DNA of 64,000 bases from Hemiscyllium ocellatum. Its lineage: Eukaryota. The stretch is taken from assembly GCF_020745735.1 (NCBI RefSeq), contig NC_083449.1, positions 8,468,923-8,532,922 of the forward strand. The letters run 5' to 3'. A model generated the notes under the pieces. It saw nothing but the letters and a program-made list of their open reading frames with translations, ran no database searches and had not been told where the DNA came from. Below are positions 1 to 11,899 of the stretch, piece after piece (the stretch's first letter is position 1; each line of letters opens with the position of its first letter). The translations under genes and the position numbers were made by a program.

Positions 1-650
1 CTCACTACTTCCGTGGTTCCCACCTCCCACTCCCCCACCCTCCCACCTTACTAGTTTAAATCCTCCCGAGCGGCTTGAGGAAATTTCGCTGCCAGTATAT
101 TAGTCCCCTTCCAATTTAGGTGTAATCCGTCCTTCGTGTACAGGTCACTTCTACCCCAAAAGACATTTCAGTGATCCAAAAATGTGAATGCTTCCCCATA
201 CACTAGCTCCTCAGCCATGCATTCATCTGCTCTATCCTCCTATTCCTGCCCTCACTAACTTGTAGCACTGTGAGTAACCTCCTTTTTAAATTTCTGCCTA
301 ACTCTCTGTAATTCCCTTCAGAATCTCCACCTTTTACCTTCCTATATCATTGGTTCCAATGTGGACAATGACCTCTTACTGTCCCCTATTTCCCCGTGAG
401 AACATTCTACACCCTCTCCGAGACATCCTTGATCCTGGCACCAGGGAACTAACACACCGTTCTGCTTTATCGCTGCTGGCCACAGAAACGTCTTGTCTGT
501 ACCTTGGACTACAGAATCCCCTAATGCAATTGATCTCTTGGAAGCCAATGTACCCCTCATTGCATTAGAGCCAGTCCAGTATCAGAAACTTGGATTCTCA
601 GGAGAACATAGCATGAACAGCCATCACCCCTACACTTTCCAAAACCTGTC
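1..650 (-). mobile_element. CR1 LINE ORF1 (SGNH esterase) fragment, decayed
   Basis: Minus-strand translation has SKRSIALGDSVVQGTD, the GDS-type esterase motif of CR1 ORF1; homologous to the + strand copy at ~24.6-25.1 kb. Confidence 0.8.
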
Positions 651-944
651 CAGAGGAAAATCAAATATTGACATGAAAAGGTACACATTCAGACAGATAT
701 CCAGAGGTTATTGGTCACAGAATGAGAAAGCTCTCGTAAAGTGATCTAGTTATAATCATGTGAACAATAAATTCAAAATACAGGTGCAGAACATAACTTA
801 CAATCATAAACTGTACCATTGAATACAAGTTGTGGAAATTATCCAAAGTGCTTTACACTGTTGAGACTGACAATGATAGAAAAAGTCTCCCTTTCATTTA
901 CAATACGTAGAATTTCTCCAGTGAAGAGAGAGATCATTTGGCCC

Positions 945-1240
945 AACTCCCTGCACAACTCTCCAAAGCGGATCCCACCCAGATGTAGAGCCCACCCTAT
1001 CCCCATAACTCCACGTTTGCCACAGTTAACCCACTGACACTGTACATCCTTGAATACTACATGACAATTTACCATGGCTAATCCGCAAACCTGCACATGT
1101 TTGGACCATAGAAAGAAACTAGAGCACTCAGAGGAAACTCATGGAGACACGGGCAGAACGTGCAAACTGCACACAGGTAATGAACCAAGGCTGGAATTGA
1201 ATCTGTGTCCCTGGCACCACTGTGCCACCATGCCACCCTG
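945..1240 (-). mobile_element. HE1-type SINE, decayed
   Basis: Reverse complement resembles the SINE at 6329-6643 (GGGTGGCATGGTGGCACAGTGG...GGAGTTTGCAC-like core). Confidence 0.75.
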
Positions 1241-1359
1241 AAATGGATGGCAATAGATGAAACCTTATTCATGTTGAGCAACAGAGATTTGAAGTAAAAA
1301 GAGTTCCTGCCGTTTCTGCAAGTGTCATGTTAAACACAGACAAATATATAAGTACACTC

Positions 1360-2290
1360 ACTTATTCACAGAACACAAACTGACGGTACAGATACTTTCA
1401 GGTACAGATGCACTCATCCATCCATATAGTTGAAGCTGTCAGGGATAGATTGATGATTGCACAAACACATTCACATTGCTGAAACTGACAAGTACATTTT
1501 GATAACACACCCACATTCCCAGAGCAAAATCTCACAGGTATATATTGATTTCTACATTTTTACATTCAACTAGAATCTAACGGGGCAGATTGATAACTAA
1601 AATCACATTGACGTTGCAAAAACTGACAGGTAGAGACTGGTAATGACACTCTCATATTCATACAGCAGAATCTGACGGGCAGATCGATAACTAGACAGTC
1701 ATATTCAAATTACAGAAACTGATGGACAGATCAATAACTACACTTCCATATTCACAGATCAGAAACTGACAGGTCCAAATGCATTTGCAAAGGTGAGGAC
1801 TGCAGATGCTTGAGCTTAGAGTCGGGAGTGTGGTGCTGGAAAAGTACAGCGGGTCAGGAAGCATCCGAGGAGCAGGAGAATCGACGCTTTGGTTAAAAGC
1901 CCTTCATCAGCGCAGATGGATAACTACACCAATACATTTACATCGAAGAAACTGTCAGGGAAAGATTGATAACTACACATGCATTCTTGTCACTGAAAGC
2001 AACAGGTATATTTCAATATGTACCCTCACATGTTCACTTAGCAGAAGATAGCGGGTAGACATTGATAACTATGTTCACATTTTAACAATGCCAAAACTGA
2101 TATGGATGATTGATTAAACTATCGCATTTACAGACCAGAAACTCATATTCACGTAGTAGAAACCAATAGGTATAGGGTGTTAACTTCATTCAAGTATGCA
2201 CATAGCAGAATCTTACTGGGAGAGGATGATACCTGTACTCACATATTCACATAGCAGAAGCTTAGAGCTGCAGATTGATACATAGGCTCT
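1360..2290 (+). repeat. Degenerate ~48-bp tandem repeat, about 17 units
   Basis: AAACTGACAGG/AATCTGACGG...ATTGATAACTACAC...CATATTCAC recurs at ~1378, 1434, 1482, 1528, 1574, 1620, 1669, 1716, 1763, then 1948, 1997, 2045, 2094 etc.; interrupted by a PLE fragment. Confidence 0.8.
1790..1910 (-). mobile_element. Penelope-like 3' terminal fragment (family A) with decayed hammerhead motif
   Basis: Matches the 3' end of the PLE at 47918-49075; minus strand reads CTGATGA-AGGGC...GTC with a damaged GAAA. Confidence 0.75.
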
Positions 2291-3399
2291 CATTGTAAGT
2301 ATGAAATGGTTGGGTATATTCTCATTGGAGTTTTGAAGGGCAATGTATGACCTTTAGAGCAAAAAAAAAATCTGACGGGAGTTGTCAGAGTTGATGCTGG
2401 GAGGATGGCACTGCTCATGAGAGAATCCAGAGTAGGGGACACAGTTTTGAACAGGAAGCCTTCTGTTCCACAGAGAGCAGTTCGGGTTGGGTTATCAGCT
2501 TAATTTATGCTAATTCACCCATATATCTTTTTTGATACATAAGGGAGTCTTTGGTTACGGGCAGTAAACATCAAAATGAGATGAAGACTATAGCTAAAGC
2601 CTTTGTGATCTGTTCTCATGACAGAGTACACACTGACAGATAGAAATGTCACAGAATTCTCATGCTTCTTATGGTGTTCTGCTCTGAGAGATTTAAAGTG
2701 ACACAAGATTGAAAGAAATTAATAACTACAGCATATACACTGTATCTGCATGACCGGATTGGGAGGCATCATTCACCATACACTTTATCTGTAACTTACT
2801 GATATGTATGTGCTCACAGATCACATACTGATTGATTCAGTTATAAGTTACTCTGACGTATCAGGGATGGAGTGAAAAAAAAACCATCCATTTCATCAGA
2901 AACTTTGAGATGTTGAGATATTTGCTCTCTGTTATGCCAGTGATTGACTGAAACTGAGTAAATATAAGATTTGAAACAACAAACTGGCAGTTACAGCATG
3001 AAATACTGAGTCACTTGCAAAGCAATAAATTGTTAAGATATAATGCAATTATTGATTAGCTAGAAACTGGCATAAACAATGTAATATCAGCAGTGACATT
3101 GTTACTGACAATATCTGCAATGTACGAAGTATTATCCTTTATCAAAATGCTGCAGTTATAAATACAAACTCAGCTTCAATTTGCAGAAGCTGATATTCAT
3201 AGAGTATGGGAGGAGAGGATAGTGAGCCCTACCTGAGTCTGTCCAAAGTGGTACCTGGTGCTTTCAAAATTGACAGAGTAAAGCAACAAGGTACACTTAA
3301 GAAGGTTTGAGTTACAGACCAGTAACATACTGACATGTTAAGACTGTAAAATAGAGTTTACAAAAATACACCCCAGAAACAGGCGGGCACAGATTGGAG

Positions 3400-3535
3400 T
3401 CGAGAGTGTGGTGCTGGAAAAGCACAGCATGTCAGGCAGCATCCAGGTGCAGGAGAATCGGTGTTTCAAGTATGAGCCCTTCATCTCGACGTTTTAGGCA
3501 TAAGCCCAGCATCTGCAATCCTCACTTTCTCCTGG
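3400..3535. mobile_element. Penelope-like mini insertion (inverted arm plus sense tail) with 15-bp target duplication
   Basis: GGGCACAGATTGGAG at 3385-3399 and 3536-3550 flanks family A terminal sequence in both orientations. Confidence 0.8.
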
Positions 3536-4279
3536 GGGCACAGATTGGAGGAATATTTCTAAGTGGCTGGCAAATAGTGTAACGTTTTACCGCTTACATC
3601 AATGGTTGATGGTTACAGAATAAAAGCTGTCTTGAAGTAACAATAATTAACTATTACACAGAGGACCAGAGCCTCAGTGGACAGATGTTGAATTAATGTC
3701 AAATGTGTAAATTAGGACTCGACTGATACAAAGTTAAAGTGACACACACACATATATATATATTTATATATATAGCAATATAGCATGCTAACAGTTGCTG
3801 GTTAACAGGTATTCGCATATGACTGAGAAATGTTATAAATCCCGACATGAAACTGCAAGACGTCTAAATGAAAAATGCAGCAACGTGGTTCAGTTACACT
3901 GCATGTACTTGCAAAGTTATCGATCAGTCTCTGGGCCCACAGTTATCAGTCAAGGTCTCAGAAATATATTGCATCAACCCCAAGTGTAGAAAACACAGTC
4001 AGGTTCCAGTGGTTTGTGTAACTTGACAACAAATGTAATCACAATTTCGAATGGATGAGAGTTTTTTTCACACAGTGAAAATTTCAGCCTATACAGAGGA
4101 ACAGAAACAGACTTGCGGAGCTAGAAACACATCATCACAACAACAAGCAAAAAGAAACCGAGTCAATACCGCAGTCACTTTCTGTGTCACAGACACAAAA
4201 CAAATCTCCCTCAGTCAGACTGACAGGAACAGAATCCCTCTCCCACCTCACATTTCGTTGTAGATCGTGACAGATCTTT

Positions 4280-4405
4280 ATTGGATCCCACCTTAACCAA
4301 TCAGAGAGACTAAATGTTGGGGAATAATTCTGTGTAAACTACCCAATCAGGAAACAGACTTTCCGCCATCCTTCATTAGCATTGATGACGTCGTCAGTCT
4401 ATAAA
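4280..4405 (+). promoter_or_regulatory. Histone H2B promoter
   Basis: ATTGG 4280, CCAAT 4297 and 4343, octamer-like ATTAGCAT 4375-4382 in an H2B-box context, TGACGTCGTCA CRE-like half sites, TATAAA 4400-4405. Confidence 0.85.
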
Positions 4406-4458
4406 GAGCAGCTCCGAGCCCGCTTTCCCTTATTCTGTGTCTGAAAGTGAGCGGCGCT

Positions 4459-4839
4459 ATGGCTGATGAGAAGAAAGCACAGCAAGCCTCCAAGAAGGGC
4501 GCGAAGAAAATCATCAAGAAGACGCCAGCGAAGGGTGGCAGAAAGAGGAAGCGGACCAGGAAAGAAAGTTACTCCATCTACATCTACAAAGTGATGAAGC
4601 AGGTTCACCCCGACACCGGCATCTCCTCCAAGGCCATGAGCATCATGAACTCGTTCGTCAACGATATTTTCGAGCGCATCGCGGGGGAGGCTTCCCGCCT
4701 GGCCCATTACAACAAGCGCAGCACCATCAGCTCCCGGGAGATCCAGACCGCCGTGCGGCTGCTGCTGCCCGGGGAGCTGGCCAAGCACGCCGTGTCGGAG
4801 GGCACAAAGGCGGTGACCAAGTACACCAGCTCCAAGTGA
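4459..4839 (+). CDS. H2B: Histone H2B, replication-dependent type, 126 aa
   Basis: Intronless ORF from ATG 4459: [14 protein letters not shown]...[27 protein letters not shown]...AVTKYTSSK; 3' stem-loop follows. Confidence 0.98.
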   Translation: MADEKKAQQASKKGAKKIIKKTPAKGGRKRKRTRKESYSIYIYKVMKQVHPDTGISSKAMSIMNSFVNDIFERIAGEASRLAHYNKRSTISSREIQTAVRLLLPGELAKHAVSEGTKAVTKYTSSK

Positions 4840-4880
4840 AGGACCGCACTGCACTGAAACACACACGTCCATAACCCAAA

Positions 4881-4921
4881 GGCTCTTATAAGAGCCACCC
4901 ACAACCTCCCTGACGCAGCTG
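4881..4921 (+). terminator. Histone 3' stem-loop (atypical loop) and weak downstream element of H2B
   Basis: CCAAA-GGCTCT TATA AGAGCC-ACCCA at 4881-4896; TGACGCAGCTG at 4911-4921. Confidence 0.9.
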
Positions 4922-5640
4922 AACCGTTTCTTTAAGGGTTGTTTGTTTTAGTTTGCATGTGATTCTTGATAAGCAAGATGAAAAATCTTATTTTTGTGTT
5001 TAATAAGTGCTTTGCAAGTTATTCGGGAGTGTGGGGGAGAGAGCAGACGAGGCGCCAGTGAGTCGTTTTTCATATTGCTTGTTCACCCCTGGCAGAAAAA
5101 TGCCCACGTCTTTCCCTCCCACGATTAATGCCTTTTACTTTACATTTCCAATGCGCGGGTGAGATCCGTTTTTTCGCAATGCAAAATAAAGCTGCTTGTT
5201 GTGGGTGAGAGACTTTCAAAGCGAACCGAGAGAACACCAACACAGGTACCGGACCGAAACGTGGGGCTTTTGCTGAATCTGATCGAGAGCGATGAAGGAT
5301 AGCTTTAAAATATCGTCTTAAAAACGTGTTCGCTCTCGATGCTGAGCCGGAAGATTGTTTATGTGCTGGTTTATGAGCATATCGGGGTGGTATTAAAATG
5401 TGCAAAGAAAAGACATGTTGCAGACTGCAGTGTTTGGCCTGTTTTGTTTCAGCTTCTCAACGTTTAGAAAATAATCCACTGTCGAGATCAGAAATGGGCA
5501 AATGAGGGAGAGTAAGACCGTGTGAAGTACACACTTGTAAACTAAAAGTAAACTATCACGCATATTAATGTTTTTTTTAAACGTCCTCAGTTTTTTGTAC
5601 TTCATTTTTCAGGTAAAACATACTCCTTTTGTTTAGAATT

Positions 5641-5800
5641 TGGCGGGATTTTCAAATTGGAAAGAAAGCGGTTGATGATTTGGTGCCTGTCGTTGCCGCC
5701 CTCCTCCCCCGATTGGGGAATGAAGCAGATTTGATTCAGGATTAGGAGATGCTGACCAATCGGAAATGGCCACCCCATCATTCCTCCCGAAGGTATTAGA
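5641..5800 (+). promoter_or_regulatory. Histone H2A promoter
   Basis: E2F-like TGGCGGGA next to CHR-like TTCAAA (5641-5656), ATTGG 5712, CCAAT 5756, TATA-like TATTAGA ~5794. Confidence 0.7.
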
Positions 5801-5838
5801 GACCGCAGTGTGGGCGGAGTGTAGTATTCTCTCTGTAA

Positions 5839-6240
<402 letters not shown>

Positions 6241-6270
6241 AGAGACCATTCTTGGATCTGACAACCCAAA

Positions 6271-6312
6271 GGCTCTTTTAAGAGCCACTCACAGCATCTG
6301 TGAAAGGAGTTG
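6271..6312 (+). terminator. Histone 3' stem-loop and downstream element of H2A
   Basis: GGCTCT TTTA AGAGCC at 6271-6286; purine-rich TGAAAGGAGTTG at 6301-6312. Confidence 0.95.
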
Positions 6313-6328
6313 AACTATTTTCATTTTC

Positions 6329-6643
6329 GGGCGGCACGGTGGCACAGTGGTTAGCACTGCTGCCTCACAGCGCCAGGGACCTGGGTTCAATTCCCGCCTC
6401 AGGTGACTGACTGTGTGGAGTTTGCACATTCTCCCCGTGTCTGCGTGGGTTTCCTCCGGGTGCTCCGGTTTCCTCCCAAAGTCACAAAGATGTGCGGGTC
6501 AGGTGAATTGGCCATGCTAAATTGCCCGTAGTGTTAAGTAAGGGGTAAATGTAGGGGTATGGGTGGGTGGCGCTTCGGCGTGTCGGTGTGGACTTGTTGG
6601 GCCGAAGGGCCTGTTTCCACACTGTAAGTAATCTAAAAAAAAA
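6329..6643 (+). mobile_element. HE1-type (V-SINE) tRNA-derived SINE, full length
   Basis: A box TGGCACAGTGG, B box GGTTCAATTCC, core GTGTGGAGTTTGCACATTCTCCCCGTGTCTGCGTGGGTTTCCTCCGGG, CR1-like tail GGGCCGAAGGGCCTGTTTCCACACTGTAAGTAATCT. Confidence 0.9.
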
Positions 6644-7048
6644 ATGTGTAGAGCCCTGGCCGTTGTACCTGACATCGCTAAATTTCTATTTCCTCTTTAT
6701 TGGATACTGTGGGAGCAGACGAAAATTATATCATAGAATACGATTGTAAGGGTATGAGTTTAGAATAGTGTCACGGATGTTTGGCTTCACATTTCCTTTA
6801 ACTGCATCACTAAACTGAATCCTCCTACTGTCATACACCATACACCAATTTATTCTTGTTTCATACCCACTCTTATTTTCGCCAGCCTCTGGAGAGAGAG
6901 CGTGTTCAACAGCAGTCAGTCATTTTTCAGCTGTAAAAGGGGAAATGTGGTAAAGTGAGATTGTGTGAAGTTTAGTTTCATAATCGAAAACCAATCAACG
7001 TGTACATCCATTCTCCTCTGTATAACCTCCTGCTTTTTTTATACGTGA

Positions 7049-7096
7049 TGGCGGGTATTTTCAAATTTGAAAATAAGCTGTTGATCTCTTGGCGCC
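7049..7096 (+). promoter_or_regulatory. Orphan copy of the H2A upstream E2F/CHR module
   Basis: 39 of 48 aligned columns match 5641-5687; contains GGCGGG, the palindrome TTTTCAAATTTGAAAA and TTGGCGCC. Confidence 0.6.
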
Positions 7097-7995
7097 ATTT
7101 TTTCCCTTTCCCTCCTGCCTCCACCTCACCATGTTATCGCAAAGGGAGTCAATGAGATGATGGGTTTTTGGCCAGAAATATCTAACCCAATACCAAAATT
7201 TGATGTGATCATCACTCTAATTACTATATTTCCGCAATCCCTGAATGAAGACCTCATTAGTTGCAAACTCACTGCTGCTGCCTTCCGTTTTTGTTTTTAA
7301 CTAATTTCCCCTATCGCTTCCTGCACTCGCTGGATAAGCAACCGAACTTGTACCCGCCGTGAATCAATCGAAAAACCGCTGATTGAAACATCTTAAAAGC
7401 TGGAACAGTGTACACCGATAAAATTACAGAACCTCTGAAGACTATTTGTAATCGCTGCCTGAAGAGGCAGATGGTAAGAACGCGCCACATAACACACGCG
7501 CAGGCTCCCAGAGTGCTATGCCTGGGAAATATAAATATTGTAAAATGTAACATTCTGGGTTCCACAAAAAATCAAATCAAATTATTTTTCATGGCATGGA
7601 CAGCCAAGTACACATTGATATAATTCCTGAGATGAACAGGTATTCACGAAAAAGGAGGATCAAAGGGTACGGGAAGTTTGAGAAAGATCAGCCAGAAACG
7701 GCAGAACAAGCTGGAAGGGCAGAATGGCCTAATGCTGCTGCTACATCTTACAATTACAAGTTATGATGCGATTCTTTACATGGAATAATCAGGTTGCACA
7801 GCAATAAAGTCTCGATTGGCCGAATAGCCTCTTATGTACTGTGGGAATACTTGCAAATTTAAAATCATTCACCACTGTAAACAGCAACAAAATGAACCGT
7901 CCACTCCGAATGCTCTCTGCCGTAGAGCAGAACACAGTACTAGTACATTTTAATAAACGGCTACACTAACAATCCCCTTCCCCGTCCTCAGGTCT

Positions 7996-8036
7996 CCGCT
8001 CTCTATCAGAGGGTTTGTGTGGCTCTAAAAAGAGCC
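7996..8036 (-). terminator. Histone 3' stem-loop and downstream element of H4
   Basis: Minus strand CCAAA-GGCTCT TTTT AGAGCC-ACACA (8021-8036), then TGATAGAGAGCGG. Confidence 0.95.
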
Positions 8037-8068
8037 TTTGGGTTCGCTGGAAAAGGGTCGCTTTATGT

Positions 8069-8389
<321 letters not shown>

Positions 8390-8436
8390 TCACTCCAATC
8401 GCTGCTGAATGAGAACCGAGCTGCCTCCCCTTCCGT

Positions 8437-8470
8437 TTTTATACAGCCCGGCCCGACCTGACTGAGAAAG
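8437..8470 (-). promoter_or_regulatory. Histone H4 promoter
   Basis: Minus strand CTTTCTCAGTCAGGTCGGG (resembles the H4 subtype-specific element) followed by TATAAAA at 8443-8437. Confidence 0.8.
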
Positions 8471-9114
8471 AGCTGACAGACAGTGAGAGGCGGATCCGGA
8501 GAGGAAACTGAGTGACAGACAGAGCAGGCTTTGTTCATCCAGCTCCGCCTCCAGCTCACTCCAGCCCCAACTGTATCTGGGACTGAACGTTATCTCCCCA
8601 AAGCTTACTGTTCCTGACCAGAGGAGCGCATGCGTGAGACCCTCCCCCAGCGCTGCCATTGAGGAGCATTTACTCAGTGAGTGTGAGAGGTTTGTTTGAA
8701 ACAGACCGCAATGGAGAGATCAGCGCCCAGGGAAGCGAGGGAACAGCAGGCTCCTTCCAGCAGCACATCGGGATGGGAGCCTGGGACACAGAGGGGGCTC
8801 CGAGACCGGGATTGATTCGGGGTGAGTTCAGGGAGAACCGGGGGCTGTTTGTAAGAGGCCGAGCGGAGCAGGAACTGGTCCCGGAACTTGGAGTGAGCGG
8901 GCTGGGGGGAAGAGAGAGGCCTTTCTCGGGCTGTGTGTGGGCCTGCTGAGGGAGGCAGAGCGGGAAGAAGCTGCTGTGGGACATTCTTGTGGTTTGCAAT
9001 CCTCTGAACCCTGTTTTAATTTCAAGCTGTTTCCCGCTTTTTCTTGAGGTTGTGTGGACCAACTGTAGGAATGTGATACTCTTGTAAAAGGACATACACT
9101 GGGGGGGTCTTGGT

Positions 9115-9397
9115 GGGCGGCACGGTGGTTAACACTGCTGCCTCACAGCGCTAGAGACCCGGGTTCAATTCTCGCCTCAGGCAACTGCCTGTGTGGAGTT
9201 TGCACATTCTCCCCGTGTCTGCGTGAGTTCCCTCCGGGTGCTCCGGTTTTCTCCCACAGTCCAAAACATGTGCAGGTTAGGTAAATTGGCCATGCTAAAT
9301 TGCCCGTAGTGTTAGGTGATGGGGAAATGTAGGGCAATGGGTCGTGTGGATTTGTTGGGTTGAAGGGCCTGTTTCCACGCTGTATGTAATTTAATCA
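9115..9397 (+). mobile_element. HE1-type SINE
   Basis: Homologous to 6329-6643 with internal deletions. Confidence 0.9.
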
Positions 9398-9525
9398 AAT
9401 AGCGCTGTTTTTCCTCTTTCCAGCAGGTAGCTGGGAAGTTGGATATTGAGCTGTGTAAGCATCCTGGTGGTTGAGTAATCCCATGCAGTTGTTGCTCAGT
9501 TTCTGGATCTCACTCAACTGATATC

Positions 9526-9635
9526 AAGTTAAAAATCGCACAACATCAGGTTACAGTCTTTCCAAAACAGTTTTTGTTTTGAAAGCACTTGATGTGTAAC
9601 TTTCTGCACCCCAGTCCCACACCAACATCTCCACA
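9526..9635. mobile_element. Penelope-like family B mini insertion (inverted arm plus tail)
   Basis: AAGTTAAAAATCGCACAACATCAGG matches 33540 onward; flanked by TCAACTGATATC (9514-9525) and TCAACTGGTATC (9636-9647). Confidence 0.65.
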
Positions 9636-10298
9636 TCAACTGGTATCGAATCACATGAAAAACAAACACAATCCCCAGCCAAGGAGCAGCTCAGGGCAAC
9701 AATGGAACCAGATCAGTGGTTCTGGTTAAGTTGTTGAATTTAAATAAAAAAAATATACATTCTAATTAATATGCAACGAATGTGACCATTCAATATTGCC
9801 AGACTAGCCTCATGTTGATTTACAGGTGGTGTCCCTGTGTCTTCCTCCAGAAAAACAGCTGAGGGACTAAGACACTGTAATACTTCCTCAGTTCAAAGTA
9901 AAGAGTGACCAGCTGTCTCTAATAAACGGAAGGTATGTAGCCCATTGACGTTTACACATCAGTGTTGAAGATAGATAAACTGAATCCTCATTCAGGAATA
10001 CCATTAAAATCTGCAGTTATTTACAGAATTTTCAAAGTTACAATGAAGACAGACAAATAGGCCACATTGTTGCATTGTTTCAACAACCATCAGTAAAGGA
10101 GGGGTTAAGTACAGTGATGGAGGGAAACTGTGCTCACTGACAGGGCAAGGGTTACTGAAGAGTCATCGAGTTATAGAGAGAGAGCATAGAAACAGACCCT
10201 TCGGTCCAACTTGTCCATGCCGATCAGATATCGTAACCTAATCTGGTCCCATTTGCCAGCACTTAGCTCATCTCTCTCTAAACCCTTCCTATTCATAT

Positions 10299-11580
10299 TG
10301 TTAAAAGTACAGATTTGAGATGGCACAGGGAATCCCTTGTGGACTCAGACCTATCAGCCTCTCTTGGTTTGTCCTGGAGATTGTACTCTTTGAATAATCT
10401 GGAATAAAAACCTTTTGCAAACAGTTTAGTTCATTGTTAGCCTTCCCCTTTATTTACCAATAGCATCACTGTTACAATGTAACATTGACATCTAAAACCT
10501 TTAAAACATAGGATATCAGCTCTTCCTTTAAGAGCCCTCGTAGGCTACTCCACTCTTCTGTCTCAAACAGACTTCCTTTTTACAAAAACCACTGCATGTC
10601 CTAATTTGTAAGGAAGAGAAGTTAATTAACAGGTCTGTGTGCACTTAGCTGATCGCTCCTGTAGGCCCTTAGCTATCCATCAGGTGGGAAAAACAGATGC
10701 AGCCGAGTCAGGCGCCTGTTGGTGAGGTAGTCACTATCATAAAGAGGTATCAGTCCAAACTATGTGGGAGAGGTCATAACGTAACCTTGCACAGCTTGCA
10801 TGTCAGATATCATTGTTTTACAAAATAGATTGTGATCTTCAATGATAGCTTAAAAATTATTCTAAATCTAGGAGCAGACTCCTGCTTTTTATCTTAAACA
10901 CAAAATCATTCTGTACCTGAAGCTGAAAAGTTATAGATTAAACATGCTTTCTTTTCAGGGTTGTGATTCAAATTCAAAGAAGACAGAAGATCTGACGAGT
11001 TCGAATTGACAGTGGGGCAGTCATGGCGTGTGAGAACACCAAGTAAGTTAAAGCTTCATCAATATTACATTTTAGAGTTTGCATTTCATAATCAGCGATG
11101 GCTACTCAAAATTATCATAAAGTCCCAAAATGCAAATAAATTCAAAACATTCATCTCTCTGTCTCTCTCTCTCTCTCTCACTCACTCACACACACACACA
11201 TAAGGGTAATAAGAATCCATTATAATTGATAGGACATGACCGTTTATTACAAGGCTTTTGACATGCTTCTGAGATGACACCAAGTTTCCGAGATCACGTT
11301 CAAACATTGTTATTAATTTCATAAGTTAACATCTGTGAATGTTATCAGTCTGTATCCTTTTTACACAGATTCATTGATGTTAAGGCAAATGTTCTTAATT
11401 ACTTTAGAGCATCTTGTGAGAATGGTGAGAACAGATTTTTAAAAAAAATTCTGTACATCCTCAGTTCCCCCTTTTGTGGCCTGATGCCTCCCTGCCTGTC
11501 CTGTTTATTTTCTTGTGTTCTGTAATTCAATATTACATTTAGTCTAAGTACTTAAGGACAAGTTTTAAGGCTTTCTCATT
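10299..11580 (-). mobile_element. LTR-like insertion (~1.3 kb) splitting a CR1 3' tail
   Basis: CR1 tail breaks at ...CCTATTCATAT (10298) and resumes at GTACCCACTCAGATGCC (11581); minus strand has a polypurine tract AAAAGGGGGAAC followed by TG at 11463, an AATAAA near 10450 and terminal CA at 10299. Confidence 0.45.
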
Positions 11581-11899
11581 GTACCCACTCAGATGCCTTT
11601 TAAATGTTATAATTTTACCAGGCTCCACCACTTCTCCATGTGCCTTATGATTTTAAAAACTTTTATAGGTCACTCTCCAAGGAAAAGAGTTCCAGCCTAT
11701 TCAGCCTCTGCCTACAGCTCAAACTCTCAAACTGGGATGAAATATATTTACATGGAGTTTATCTGTCTAGATTAGAGTGGTGCTGGAAAAGCACAGCAGT
11801 TCAGGCAGCATCTGAGGAGCAGTCACATAAAGAGATGACAATTAAATGTGAATTTCAAACAGACAATCTATGCAGGTAGCTCATGCGCTACTCGCAGCA

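Larger units (their letters stand above)
8640..11042 (+). ncRNA. Putative spliced non-coding transcript (or 5' UTR exons) divergent from H4
   Basis: NRF1-like GCGCATGCGT 8626-8635; donor G|GTGAGT at 8822; exon-like 9826-9932 (TTTACAG|...AAG|GTATGT) and 10959-11042 (TTTCTTTTCAG|...AA|GTAAGT), both with stops in all three frames. No transcript evidence. Confidence 0.35.

Noticed and set aside
1360-2290. CRISPR-like array
   Set aside because: Vertebrate DNA; units are degenerate along their whole length with no repeat/unique-spacer alternation and no cas genes.
6329-6410. tRNA gene
   Set aside because: A and B boxes belong to the SINE head and continue into the SINE core and LINE-like tail.
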